This document shows, piece by piece, positions 27,845 through 41,563 of a stretch of DNA of 64,000 bases (positions are counted from its first letter, which is position 1; each line of letters starts with the position of its first letter). A program made the translations under genes and the position numbers. Origin of the DNA: Octopus sinensis (Eukaryota); the NCBI RefSeq assembly GCF_006345805.1, contig NC_043007.1, forward strand, positions 75,144,001 to 75,208,000. The letters are read 5' to 3'. Below the pieces are notes generated by a model. That model worked only from the letters and a program-made list of their open reading frames with translations, was not told where the DNA came from and searched no databases.

Positions 27845-27984
27845 TCAGTAAAAGATGGCAGCAAATGACCCAGAAAGCAAATGTACCCCAAAATACTCTG
27901 CGTTTCTATAACTTCTTAACTTCACAAGAAGCTTTTCAATCAGTTCTCAGTAATCCTTCTCTTAAACTCGACACTCTAAAAGAA
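27845..27984 (+). CDS. EPRS: EPRS exon (SKRWQQMTQKANVPQNTLRFYNFLTSQEAFQSV...KE)
   Basis: ccAG acceptor, GTAAGT donor, 140 nt, phase 1 to 0. Matches the RWFGFLEAQQAFQSV-type segment. Confidence 0.92.
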
Positions 27985-30367
27985 GTAAGTTTACTCAATT
28001 CACCCTTTCCTTTAATTTATTATTTATCCTCATCATTATCATTTAATATCCATGCAGGCATAGGTTGATCGGCAACAGAATCTGTTGGGTCCAAAGACTG
28101 CATTATGTCTGCTTTGAAACAGTTGCTGCAGCTGGATGCCTTCCCTAATGCCAGCCACTTTACAGCATGTACTTGGTACTTTTTACATGGCACCGGCACT
28201 AGTGAGGTCACCATGCTGCTTGTGAGACTGTGATACTCAAGGCAAGGTGAGGGTTGGCTTTATGCTAGGAGATGGGGGATTAGAGAATGTGAGCAGGGAA
28301 CAGGGGCCAGGTTTTTGTTACCAAATAATAAACCAACAAAAGGTAGTGTTTTATGTTCTATGATGGAATTGAAAAAACTTGGAATTAAGAAATTTCAGGC
28401 CTTGTAGGTACCATAGAATAAGTACAAGGCTTACAAAGAATAAGTCCTGGGGTCGATTTGCTCGACTAAAGGCGATGCTCTAGCATGACCACAGTCAAAT
28501 GGCTGAAACAAGTAAAAGTAAAGAGTATATTTGATGGCTTATATGACACACATTTGTTTTCAAAAAAAATGTCTCAAAAATCAACCTAAGTCCTATATGT
28601 GCAGTTGGGCCTATATTACATGCTTTAATACACATTATTATATTCATCATTTAACATCCATCTTTCATGCTGGATTTAACATCCATTTTCCATGTTGGAT
28701 GGTTTGACAGGAGCTGGTAAGCTGGAAAACTATCGCTACATGATTAAAAGTTTGCTTTCCAACCATATGGTTTTGGGTTCAGTCTGCCTGTGTTGCACAT
28801 TGGACAAATGTCTTATACTATAGCCCTTCACCAGTGAAAGCCTTGTAAATGGATTCGGTAGAGAGAAAGTGTGGAAACCTGTTGTGTTCGTGTATCTTTG
28901 TTACTGCCCCCTTGCCTGGGATAGGCAACAGGAAGGGCATCCAGACATAGAAAATCTGCCTGGATAAATTCCATCCAAGCCATGCAAGCATGGAAAAATG
29001 GACATTAGAACAATAATGATAATGATGACAATGTATTGTGTGATAGAGATGCATTGTTTAAATGTTGGCATAAAAATAAACTGAGTTTGTTCCATTAAAG
29101 CACAAGAGCTGTGAGGTCCTGGTGTTGGAATAATTGACCGTATAGTCATATGTTCAAATCTTGCTACTACTACTACTACTTGTGACCCCCTTCGGTCAGA
29201 CACTGACCATGGGTTTGCACCTAGAGAGTTACCTTCTGAGGCACAAGTCTGGGCAAGGTTGTTTTTTTTTTTATGGAAGACCAGCAGTCGTCCATGCATA
29301 CCGGCCTCCCCTCTCCACGCCACCAGTGTTATCCAAGGGAAAGGCAAGGGCCGATACAGCTTGGCACCAGTGACGTCACAACTCATTTCTACAGCTGAGT
29401 GAACTGGAGCAACGTGAAATAAAGTGTCTTGCTCAAGAACACAACACGCAGCCCGGTCCGGGATTCAAGCTCACAACCTCACGATCGTAAGCTCGACGCT
29501 CTAACCACTGAGCCACGCGCCTTCTACTAACTACTGAAAAGCTACCAAACTTATTCCATTTTAGCTGACCTCCATTACAGTTTAACTGGTTAGCTGTAGA
29601 AAGAATATCCAGTCAAAAAATTCAAATGATTCTACAAAAGCCTTCCTTCATGTGCTAGTTTGGGAAAATCTCTATATATATAAACGGCAAAATGTCTGTG
29701 TGTGTGTCCTTTATACAAATCCACAATTTTTCAGTTAGAGGGCTTGCACTTTCTATGGTCATTCAAAACCATCCAAGGGTGGTCATGCACATCTTTACAT
29801 TTCCCCAGTCACCCCACAAAGCCATTAAAAAATTCACTAGAAGTGACTTTTTTGTGAATTTTCTATCCAAAACCCAATCAAAATACCTGAAACTTGATAC
29901 GTCAATTGAATGCCAGCTAGCTGTATGTGATTGGTCGGAGATTTGGACAGTACTCGCATGTATGTGCGCACGCATGCAGCTGTATATGCATGCACTAAGC
30001 ACTATGACACGGCGTTGCCGGGTCATAGTGCTAGTAGCTATTAAATAGGGTAGGAATAATAAAGTGAAGTCAGGTCCTGGAAAGTATAATGTTAATATTA
30101 TGATATAGTAGCAAACTGTATCATATATTAATGCAGATATATGTTGGAAAACCTAATTAACTGTGGTATTTGTCTTGAGATAGTAATATCACGAGAAATA
30201 TTGCAGACATACAGCTTACTGTTCTAAAGTAATACTGCTTCTGTTGCACATAGTGAATACTTTTATATGTAATGGTTGTATTATAATAACACTTCTCACA
30301 TACGATCTCTATTTAATTTTTCTAAGTTTCATTCTTATACATTTTTTGTTTGTGTTCTTTGTTTCAG

Positions 30368-30453
30368 GGCCGAAAAGAAGAAGGCAAATTTGTTGACTTG
30401 CCAAATGCTAAAAAAGGAGAAGTAGTAGTAAGATTCCCTCCAGAAGCAAGTGG
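30368..30453 (+). CDS. EPRS: EPRS exon (GRKEEGKFVDLPNAKKGEVVVRFPPEASG)
   Basis: ttcAG acceptor, GTAAGG donor, 86 nt, phase 0 to 2. RFPPEASG is the start of the GluRS catalytic domain. Confidence 0.96.
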
Positions 30454-31602
30454 GTAAGGCATCATATTTTAGTCAGAAATCAGTTGGTATCAAATTGGAG
30501 ATTTTCTGGGAGAGGATGGATTGAAACAAACATCTTTTGACCTTTGGGTTTTAGCTTTGAATATTTTTTTGCTATATATTGTTTTTCATTGACAAAAAAA
30601 TATATATCATCATCATTTAAATGTCCGCTTTCCATGCTAGCATGGGTTGGACGGTTCAACTGGGGTCTGGGGAGCCCGAAGGCTGCACCAGGCCAGTCAG
30701 ATCTGGCAGTGTTTCTACAGCTGGATGCCCTTCCTAACGCCAACCACTCCGTGAGTGTAGTGGGTGATTTTATGTACCACCGACACAGGTGCCAGACGAG
30801 GCTGGCAGACGGCCACGCTCGGATGGTGTTTTTATGTGCCACTGACACAGGTGCCAGATGAGGCTGGCGAACGGCCACGATCAGATGGTGTTTGTTACGT
30901 GCCCACAGCACGGAGGCCAGTCGATGCGGTACTGGCTACGGCCACGTTCGGATGGTTTTCTTGTGTGCCACCGGCACTGGTACCACAAGGATACAAATTC
31001 CATTGATGTTCATCTATTTTGATTTGTTTTGATTTGATTTGATTTTGATTTTGATGTGATTATAAATCTAGTGTATGCAACTGAGTCAGTGTTGGATTAA
31101 AATAGCCATCTGTGTATCATACTTAATGTATACACAGTTTGATAGGCCAGTTACTGCAGCATTTGTCCTGAAATAACATCGCTTATGAACTTGCTATGTT
31201 AAAATCACAATATCAGAGGAGCAAGACAAAAATTTGTCCCAGCAGTGTCAATCAAGAGCATCAGATGCATTTTAGCATTTTGGGGCCTTTTTCTGTATCT
31301 TTACTCTTTAACTTGTTTCAGTCATTAGACGATGGCCATGCTGGGGCACCACCTTGAAGAATTTTTAGTTAAATGCATCAACCCCTGTACTTATTTGCTT
31401 TTAAGCCTCGTGTTTATTCTATCTTTTTGCTGAACTGCTAAGCTACAGGGACATACACACACCAACACCAGTTGTCAGGCGGTAGTGGGTGATAAATACA
31501 CACACATAGATATAAGTATATATACACACACACACACATATATACGTTCGTATATTCGTTTTGCAAGATTCTTGATGTGAATTCGTATGTTTAAACAGAT
31601 AC

Positions 31603-31897
31603 TGTTGTATTTGGGGATGGTCATGTTGCCAGTTTAGCCAATAAAAACACATGCACTATATATTTGGTGTTCACTTGCTTCAACTTTATTTTATAGTAAT
31701 CGTATTTCGGTAGGAAAGACACACAAAAAAGAAAGAAGAAAGCAAAGGACCACTGATGAGGTCACAGAAGTGTGACGAAAGAACTCTGACTGAAACACGA
31801 TTACTATAAAATAAAGCTGAAGCAAGTGAACCCCAAATATATAGTGCGTGTGTTTTTATTGGCTAAACTGGTAACATAACCATCCCCAAATACAACA
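31603..31897. repeat. Fold-back with 109-bp arms (31603-31711 / 31789-31897), Penelope-like
   Basis: Arms are reverse complements with roughly 6-7 mismatches. The loop contains CTGATGA...GAAA. Confidence 0.88.
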
Positions 31898-32410
31898 ACA
31901 TTAGAGCGAGGTCGTTGCCAGTGCTGCTGGACTGGCTCCTGTGCAGGTGGCACATAAAATGCACCATTTGAGTGTGGCCGTTACCAGTACCACCTAACTG
32001 GCACGTAAAAGCACCCACTACACTCTCGGAGTGGTTGGCATTAGGAAGGGCATCCAGCTGTTGAAACTGCCAGATCAGATTGGAGTCTGGTTCGCCAGAC
32101 CTCAGTCAAATCGTCCAACCCATGCTAGCATGGAAAGCGGACGCTAAACGATGATGATGATGATGATGATATACAGTGGACTTCTTTCAGTTTCTGTCTA
32201 CCACATCCATTCACAAGGCTTTGGTCAGCTCAAGGCTATAGTTGAAGACTCTTGCCCAAGGTTTCACAGAGTGCGACTGAACCTGGAAACACGTCGGGAA
32301 GTAAGCTTCTTCCTACACAACCACACCTTTACCTAAGAGAAAAAAAATTGGAGCATTATATTTTTTGCATATAATATTTTCTTCATTATTATTTTTAATA
32401 TATTTTTCAG

Positions 32411-32537
32411 TTATCTTCATGTTGGCCATGCAAAAGCTGCTTTGTTAAATCAATATTATCAAAAATTGTTTGAAGGGCGTTTGATTTTGAGATTTGATGA
32501 CACAAACCCTGCCAAGGAAAGTGATGTATTTGAGCAG
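32411..32537 (+). CDS. EPRS: EPRS exon with class I HIGH motif ([16 protein letters not shown]...[10 protein letters not shown])
   Basis: ttcAG/GTAACA, 127 nt, phase 2 to 0. HVGH and RFDDTNP signatures. Confidence 0.97.
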
Positions 32538-32906
32538 GTAACAAAATTTATTAACCCTTTTCTGTAGTCATTATTGTAATTTCCCATGTAACTGCATTCT
32601 GCTGATTTTAGATTTCAGAATGAAATTATGATATTTGCCAGTTCAACCTTGAAGAACTTTTAGTCATTATTTGTTTTTGTCTTTAAACCTGGCACTTGTT
32701 TTGTTAGTCTCTTAACTGCTAAGTTACAGGGATGTAAATACACCAACATCGGTTATCCAGTAGTTGACGGGGACAAACACAGACACAATGACGCACTCAT
32801 AGATAGATGTATGTATGTGTGCATATGTATATATATTTGTGTGTGTATATATGTGTAAGTGTATATATATATATATATATATATAAATTAGAAAAAGTGT
32901 ATATAT

Positions 32907-32938
<32 letters not shown>

Positions 32939-33852
32939 AATTAGAAAAACCACCTTTTATCAATTCAATAATGAAAAATTAAATTACACCATCTAGAAAA
33001 TTATATATTATAGAAAGATGTTTATGTATTAAACTTAGTGAATGGTAAAATACAATGTCTTTGTGCTTGGTTGATTCTTCAGCATTTAGTGAGGTCAGCA
33101 TTGAATTGTTGGAACAAGAGTTTTATAATCATTGGCCACTTGGTTAGATGGGTGTGGTACATAAGTTCCACCTATGATGAATGAATTTCAAGTATTTTTA
33201 AAACAAAGAGCTCGAAACCCCTTATTTTTTTTTGCTACTTGTACTTGCAGTGGCATTCCCCTGTGGTGAGTTGAGCCAGCTCTGACCAAGTGTTTAGAGT
33301 TTCAATGGAGATGCAAGTTCACACACATACACCTTTTGGGATACTGTGATCTGTAGCAGCTCATCTTGCTGTTGATTGTCAAGCATTGCAGAGGATTCAC
33401 CAACCAAGTCACTTCCAATTATCAGATGTAGCCTGGGTTCTAGAGACATCATCATCATTTAACGTCCGCTTTCCATGCTAGCATCGGTTGGACGATTTGA
33501 CTGAGGACTGGAGAACCAGATGGCTGCACCAGGTTCCAATCTGATCTGGCAGAGTTTCTATAGCTGGATGCCCTTCCTAACGCCAACCACTCCGAGAGTG
33601 TAGTGGGTGCTTTTACGTGCCACCGGCATGAGGGCCAGTCTGGCAGTACTGACAACGACCACGCTCGAAATGGTGTTTTTTACATGCCACTTGTGTGTAT
33701 ATAAGGGGTGCCTCACGCCTAGTGGTCTTACTGGACACCAAGCCAGACTTTTTGAGGGCGCATGCAAAAAAAGAAAAAAAAGCCTTTATATATAATTTGT
33801 TAAACATTGAAAACAATATCTTACATGTTTATTGATACAATATTTTAAACAG

Positions 33853-34045
33853 GTAATTCTCAAAGATGTCGAACTACTTGGCATTAAGTATGATGTTCTA
33901 AGCTATACATCTGACCATTTTGATGTCCTGCTTGATCTTTGTTTGAAACTAATCAAAGAAGGTCATGCCTATGTTGACGATACCAATCCTGACGTTATGA
34001 AACAAGAAAGAGAAGAAAAGAAAGAATCAGCACGAAGAAATCAAA
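33853..34045 (+). CDS. EPRS: EPRS exon (VILKDVELLGIKYD...TSDHFD...AYVDDT...RRNQ)
   Basis: acAG/GTAAGT, 193 nt, phase 0 to 1. TSDHF and AYVDDT motifs. Confidence 0.97.
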
Positions 34046-34300
34046 GTAAGTTCCTGAAGGAGTTTGCTTGTTGTGTGTAATGCCAAGTATATGTAGTTCT
34101 CTGTAGCATGTTGACTGACCTTCTATAGTTTGTGTTAGTAAATTCACTTGCATTACATGACTTCTGTCCTTTTCATGCCTTGATCCATGGTATTGCTATG
34201 CTGTTTGTTCTGATGCTTTGCAACATAGTAATTAAAATACTATTGTTGCTTAATCCTAAATTGGCTCTGATTGAACAGAACTGTAATCAACAACATTTTA

Positions 34301-34720
34301 ACCTATTTCTTTACTACCCACAAGGGGCTAAACACAAAAAGGACAAACAAGGGCAGACAAACGAATCAAGTCGATTATATCAACCCCAGTGCGTAACTGG
34401 TACTTGTTTAATCGACCCCGAAAGGATGAAAGGCAAAGTCGACCTCGGCGGAATTTGAACTCAGAACGTAGCGACAGACAAAATACCTATTTCTTTATTA
34501 CCCACAAGGGGCTAAACACAGAGGGGACAAACAAGGACAGACATAGGTATTAAGTCGATTACATTGACCCCAGTGCGTAACTGGTACTTAATTTATCAAC
34601 CCCGAAAGGATGAAAGGCAAAGTCGACCTCGGCGGAATTTGAACTCAGAACGTAGCGACAGACAAAATACTTCTAAGCATTTCGCCCGGCATGCTAATGT
34701 TTCTGCAAGCTTGCCACCTT
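34301..34720 (-). mobile_element. SINE family A dimer in an EPRS intron (young, CpG-rich)
   Basis: Same consensus on the reverse strand. Further copies near 19590-19820, 21375-21595, 25350-25530, 36762-36960 and 53862-54040. Confidence 0.88.
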
Positions 34721-35516
34721 CGGGTGCACCTTTGACCACATTAACTAATGTGGTCAGGAAATTTAAACTGGCCGTATCCAACCAAAATATTCTACCTGTT
34801 TTATGTCCAAACTGGCCAGATCTGGCCTCTCACACCAACCCTACAATTTCTTTCTAAAAATTAAGAATTACCTCATCAAAATCTCAAAGCTACAAAATAA
34901 TTCCTGGTTAATTCAAAACAATGTGAATAAATAAGTATTACATTTGACTGAGAAATCTGAATGCTAAAGGTTAAGATGGTTGGTTATAGTTTGAGAGAGA
35001 TTTGGTTGTTGTTTCTGGCAGGTCAAGCAGCCATGTACGATGTCTGTTGTAAGAAGTGGAGATCAAATTTCAAAATATTAGACTTTAACAAATGAGATAA
35101 ACACTAAATTGGGCCTTCATTGTGCAATGCTCTGACTGTGCTTGGATTTATTGGTGCAGCAATACTGTAGCTGTAGAAAAGCTCACATGGGGACAGACCA
35201 GTGGTTTATTACTTACTACTGGAATGCAAGCTAGGCTTTGATTGATCATTAATCATAGTCAACTGGACAAATAACTTTATCAACACAACAATTTGTTGTT
35301 TAGTTTTGTATGAAACCTGATTGAGCAGCTCTATATTGAAGGTATTCCAACCATAACTATTCTTTTTTTTTTTTCTAAACAGTAGACTACATTATTCAAT
35401 GTGTCTGTCTTTTGTAAAAAGCTAGGTGTAATTTGAAGGGCTTTGGCTTCTATTTCTAGCAGGTCAAGAGATTATAATGAGAATCCTTAATTTTCTGTTT
35501 ATTTTATACTAACCAG

Positions 35517-35688
35517 GCACAGCTGAAAACTTGAAAATGTGGGAAGAAATGAAATCAGGTACAGAATTTGGAACAAAATGTTGTGTTCGTGCTAAGATTG
35601 ACATGAATTCTGCTAACGGTTGTATGCGTGATCCAACACTTTACCGTTGTAAACCAGAGATTCACATCAGAACAGGTGACAAATACAA
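35517..35688 (+). CDS. EPRS: EPRS exon ([13 protein letters not shown]...[25 protein letters not shown]...TGDKY)
   Basis: ccAG/GTAAGA, 172 nt, phase 1 to 2. RAKIDM..NGCMRDP.LYRC motif. Confidence 0.97.
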
Positions 35689-35806
35689 GTAAGACAATTA
35701 TTAAAAGTATATTTTTCTTGTACGTGAAACCTTTTAAAACTTTGATATTCGAGTTTGGGTTTATAACAATTTAATCAACTAAATTATAGCTAGAGAGAGA
35801 GAGAGA

Positions 35807-36061
35807 ATGGACAGCAAATTTATAAAACCAAATTTGTTCACTGCTGATCCAAGTTCAAGTCAAGCTTTGAAAGAATGGAAATATTGATTCAGGACTTTAA
35901 AAAAATTTTTAGAATCATTTCCTGCTGAACCGCCTAACACGGATGAAAGTAAACTTAGGTGTTTAATAGCACACATAGATAAAGACGTTTACGAACTCAT
36001 AAGTGAATGTGAGAATTACTCAGAAGCAATTCAAACTCTGGAGAGACTGTACGTGAAACCT
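35807..36061 (+). pseudogene. Gypsy/Ty3-type gag N-terminal fragment with internal stop
   Basis: MDSKFIKPNLFTADPSSSQALKEWKY*FRTLKNFL...KL.CL...VYELISECENYSEAIQTLERLYVKP resembles the RPERFxxDP...KEWxHWxRTFxNFL...YVKP gag family (recognised from memory). TGA at 35885. Confidence 0.7.
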
Positions 36062-38390
36062 TTTAAAACTTTGATATTCAAGTTTGGGTTTATAACAATA
36101 AATAGTCTACATCATACATTACTTCTACTATTTATCATTTAACTCCAAGATAACCCTGACAGAGCAGAACTATGATCAGAGTATAATCATTTAGTTTTTC
36201 TGGCGTAGTGTATCAAGAAATACACTTTCCAATAGTCTAATTTCTTGATCAGTTTACAAGCTCACTAGTGAAATGTCTGCCAATACTTATTAGGGCTCTC
36301 CCTCGTCAACCATTTTCCCCTCACCTTTTATCCCCTAACACCCATCACTTGAGAACAGAATAGGTGCATATTACATCCACCTGCTTCTTCAGTTATCTCT
36401 TTCACCACCCTAAACCATTTCCCATTCCCACCAATCACCTCCTTTCTATGTCTTCTCTCCCCTATAATGTCCTCTATCATTAACACCTTGCTTAACTACT
36501 ATTACCCTTAATACCCACATACCTACCTATATTTCACTCCATCATTTTGCTCTCTTATATTTTACTCTATCATTTGCCCCACTTATTCTCACCACTCTGA
36601 GATGTCACCTTGGAAGCACATCTAATTGTAGAAACCATGCCAAAGTAGACAGTGGAGCCTGATGCAGCTTCTGGCTTTACCAGCTCCTGTCAAGCCATAC
36701 AACCCATACCAGATGGAAATGGACATTAAATGATGATGATTATTATTTCATCATAAAGCTGCAAGCTGGCAGAATTGTTACCACACCAGGCAAAATGCTT
36801 AGCAGTTTTTCTTCCATCTTCACATTCTGAGTTCATATTTCACCTGGGTCGTCTTTGCTTTTCATCTTTTATGGGTTGGTAAATTAAGTACCAGCGAAAC
36901 ACTGGGGTTGATGAAATCAGCATACCCCTCCTAAAAATTTCAGGCCTTTATGCCTTTAGTAGAAAGGATTATTATTTTATCATCATTCTAATGTCCACTT
37001 TTCTATGCTTACCTGGGGCAGACAAAATTTGTTGAGGTAGATTTTCTATGGTCAGATGCCCTTCCTGTCATCAACTTCCCCTCTTTTTTTCAAACATAAT
37101 GATATTTCCCTATGTCAAGATTTTTTTTTTTTTCACAAAAGACTGGAACCAAACAACCTCGCTTGTATGACAGTGATGCTCATTTACAACTATCATGTAA
37201 TGTTTAGACACGTGTACTCACACAGGTGCATTCATGCACACACACACACACACAACAATCTCCTTTCATTTCTTGTCTACTGAATCTACTCACAAGGCAT
37301 TGGTCAACTCCTGGCCGTAGAAGACACTTGCCCAAGAAGTCATGCAGTGGGACTGAACTTGAAATCACATGGTTGGGAAGCAAACTTTTTCAGCCAATAC
37401 CTGCACTTAGCTGTGTGGAAATTCTGTTATTTCTTCTTAAACTCAGTTGTTACACATGTTTCTTCCCATTCCCTTTCATCTTAAAGGCTTCATACCAACC
37501 AGTTAACGTTTTCTTGCTCATAACTGAATACCTCTGCAACTTCCTTTCTCTTCATATCTTCTGTCCTACTGCAAACCTATAAAAATTTCACATTAATCTC
37601 CCTAAAAGACCCTCTTCTGTCATAAATGACCATGGGATTGCACTTACAAAGACACCTTCCGAGGTACAAGTCTGGACAAGGTTGTTTATGGAAGACCAGC
37701 AGTCACCCATGCACACTAGCCTCTCCTCGCCACGTCACCAATGTTATCTAAGGGAAAGGCAAAGGCTGATACTGCTTGGCACCAGTGATGTCACAACTCA
37801 TTTCTACAGCTTAGTGAACTGGAATAACATGAAAAATAAAGTGTCTTGCTCAAGAACCTAACATGTAGCCTGGTCCAGGAATCGAACTCATAATTTTGTG
37901 ATTATAAGCCCAATGCTCTAACCACTGAGCCATGTACCTTTATCTCCCTAACAGCAAAGTATAACCAGACAGTCATTGGCCTTCCTACTTGGACTAGTGT
38001 GCTCATTAAACATTACTATTTGAAGCCCTAGGACTCAGAGTCACTTACCCAGTTTCCATGGTGTATAGGTTGCTGAGATCATATTTTCCTTCAACAGGAT
38101 GCCAGTCTATTACAGGGTTACTTATTCATAACTGAGTGGACAGCAGCAACATAAAAGTGAAGTGTTTTACTCAAGACCCAGAACACACTGCCTGGTCAGG
38201 GAATTGAAACCATGATCACGAGTGCCACTGTTTAACTGCTAGGTCATGTACCTCACCTTGTGCTTATTAAGTATATTTCTATCGGTATTTTTATTTTTGT
38301 AGTTCTTCTTTATTCATTGCATTGCTGATTCTGTTTAGTAAATCTAAAGATAGATTTCTTGTTTCAATCATTTATCCATTATATTTTCAG

Positions 38391-38515
38391 AGTGTACCCA
38401 ACTTATGACTTTGCTTGTCCTATTGTGGACAGTATAGAGGGTGTGACCCATGCTCTTCGTACAACTGAATATCACGACAGAGATGAGCAGTATTTCTGGA
38501 TTCTGAAAAAGCTTG
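38391..38515 (+). CDS. EPRS: EPRS exon ([41 protein letters not shown])
   Basis: ttcAG/GTAAGA, 125 nt, phase 2 to 1. Highly conserved GluRS/GlnRS motif. Confidence 0.98.
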
Positions 38516-40467
38516 GTAAGATACAACTAACTAATCGATCAATTGTTTAACTTGGTGCTAAACAGTCAGTTATTTATTTGTCTTTATTTTTCCTTTCGTT
38601 GCCATTGACAACCTTTTCAGTGACATCTTTCTTAGTCCACCACCGCTTTAATGAAGTGGGGCTGTCACATGGTTATCTTGATTTTTAGGCAGCTGAAAAA
38701 CAAAGCAAAAGATTGACTGTTTAACCAATAAGTTAAATAAACTTGGTAAGATTTCCCAATAATTCAGTGTACATCAGTTAATATATTCTTAGGATGATCT
38801 CTGAATGCTGAACCTTTTGGATGAGATGACAAAGGACTGGTATACCTGATGCTTTGCTGTACTCAAGAAGATCCGTCCTCCTCAGCAGAAGTGTTAAGGC
38901 CACATCCCCTAATGAAGAGGATTGGCCTGCAAGAGTCCTGTGCTGGTGCCACATTAAAAGTACCCAGCACACACTGTAAAGTGGTTGGCATTAGCAAGGG
39001 CACCCAGCCATATCAAACTGGTGCAGCTCTCTCACTTGCCAGCTCTGGTCAAACCGTCCAACCCATTCCAGCATTGAAAATGGACATTAAAGGATGATGA
39101 TGATTAGGGGTTTGATGGTTTTAAATTTTCAGGGTTTTTTTTTTTTTTTTTTTTTTTTTTGTATTAGTTATTGGAGCCAATGTGTTAATTACTTTTTCTA
39201 ACATTAAGCATAATGCATGTAGGAGTTACATTGTAGAAATAATATTTTCTAAAAAATAACAACACAATACTTTTCACAAAAGTTATAAATCTGTAGATTT
39301 ACACTTCAAATAATATTATCTACCCTTTTTTCTTAATTTATTCATTAAGAACATGATTAACCATCCTCATCATCATCATTATTTAATGTCCTTTATTCCA
39401 TGCTGGCATGGGTTGGACAGTTTAATAAGGGCCAGAAGACTGCATCAAGCTCCAGCATCTGCCTTGGCATGGTTTCTATGGCTGGATACACTTCCTAACA
39501 CCAGCCACATTAATAGAGTATACTGGGTGATGCTTTTTTATGTGGCATTGGCACAAATGATGTCACTAAGTACTTGCGAGACAAGATTCCTCAACTGAGT
39601 GGAACATAACATTGGAGGAGGTGAAAGTACGATAACAGGATAGGAACAAGTGTCTTGTTGAAGAGGTGAATACATGGTTTCTGCGTCTGGAAAAGAGAGA
39701 GAGTTGGTGAGGATGTATTCTCAAAGTACAAGGTGCATATGAAAGAGAGAGAGCATTTTCCATATTTTCTCCAAAATATAGTTACATCATAAGTGAAGAA
39801 CTTAAGGTATTGAATCAGTTTCAAAATACAAATTAATCAATCTGTGATAAAGCATTTTTAGATGTTCCCTGTGGGTAAACCTCTTTTGATTCAGTTTAGT
39901 CCTGAGTCAAACCTTTGACTCTTTGATGGTTTTGCTAAATTCAAAATGGAGAATCTTAGAAAGTTTTACTCAGGCATAGGCATGGCTCTGTGATAAGCTT
40001 ACTTCTCAACTACATGGTTCCAGGTTCAGTCCCACTGCGTGGTACCTTGGCCAAGTATCTTCTACTGTAGCTTCAGGCAGACCAAAGCCTTGCGAGTGGA
40101 TTTGGGAGACAGAAACTGAAAGGAACCTATCGTGTATATATCTTTGTGTCTGTTTGTCTCCCACCACTGCTTGACAACCAGTGTTGGTTTGTTTACATCC
40201 CCATAACTTAGCAGTTCAGCAAAAGAGACTGCTAGAATAAGTACCAAGTTTTTAAAAATAAATACTAGGGTTGATTTGTTCAGCTAAATATTCTTCAAGG
40301 CAGTGCCCCAACATGGACGCAGTCTAATAAAGTAAAAGATGTCGCATGGGCAGCCTTTGACTTTTTCCATTGAAGAGGTTTTTAACCCAAAATAACACAC
40401 TATAATTATAAATGTTGCAAAATTTCTTTTTAGCTTGAGATAAAAAGTTGAAATGTTTTTCTTCTAG

Positions 40468-40576
40468 GTTTACGTGAACCTTATCTCTATGAGTACAGCC
40501 GATTGAATCTACAAAACACTGTTTTGTCCAAGCGAAAACTCACTTGGTTTGTGAACGAAAAACATGTTGATGGTTG
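40468..40576 (+). CDS. EPRS: EPRS exon with KMSKS-equivalent LSKR ([37 protein letters not shown])
   Basis: ctAG/GTAAGT, 109 nt, phase 1 to 2. Confidence 0.98.
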
Positions 40577-40746
40577 GTAAGTATTGTTTGTTTCCCTGTC
40601 TTTGCCTCACCTTTATCATCAGTTCAGTATTTATAATATCTTGCCCTTCCTCATCCTGTTTTCAGGCTATAGTATCCAATATGCTGTTCCTTTTTTTTTT
40701 TTTTTTTTAAATCAGTAGTCTGTGATTTGACTGCTGTTTCTTACAG

Positions 40747-41139
40747 ACTAACTATTTTGACCCGTGCCTCGCTCGGGTTTTGGTGGTGGTGTTCCTTTTG
40801 TGCGTGTTGTCTCCTTTTCCCTTCCTTCTTTTGTTCGTCTTCTTTGCCTGGTTCTTTTTATTGCCCTCTTCTTTTTCTTATTTTTCAAATTTTTTCTTCA
40901 TCTTTATCTTCTTTAAAACTCAATTTTTCCCATATTCCTCACCATGGCAACCAAACAGTAGCCCTGAGCAACTTTGCAACCTTCCTCACACCATTGCCCA
41001 CCCCATTTTACCCCCCAGTGTAAATTTTGGCACCAATCCGACCCCATCTACCGCCCCTTAAACCGTTTCCATACCAAAATGAGACAAATAACCAAGAAAT
41101 CAAACAACTTTTTCGCATTTCAACTTTATAGATATTGAT
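40747..41139 (+). mobile_element. Second Helitron-like family copy
   Basis: ACTAACT...GACCCGTGCCTCGCTCGGG 5' hairpin and ...CTTTATAGATATTGAT end. Confidence 0.55.
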
Positions 41140-41563
41140 TGGCATAGGTGGGGCTGTGTGATTAAGAAGTTTGCTTCCCAACCATCTAGTTTCAGATTCA
41201 GCCTCAGTGCATGGCACCTTAGACAAGTATCTTCTACTGTTGCTCCATGCCAACCAAAGCTTTATGAGTGGATTTGATTGACAGAAACTGAAAGAAGCTT
41301 GTTGTATACTTACTCACCCACATCTCTACATATATATATGTGTGTGTTTTTGTCTCCTTGTCTTAACATCATGCAATAGCTGTAAATGAATGTCTTTCAT
41401 ATAAACAGTCTCGTTTATTTCCAATACTCTGCAAAAACATGCCTGACCATGAGGAAATATCGTGAGGGTTGACAATAGGAAAGGCATTCGACCATATAAA
41501 ATCTGCCTCAATAAACTCTGTCTGGTCCATGCAAGCATGGAAAAGTAGACACTTAAAATGATG

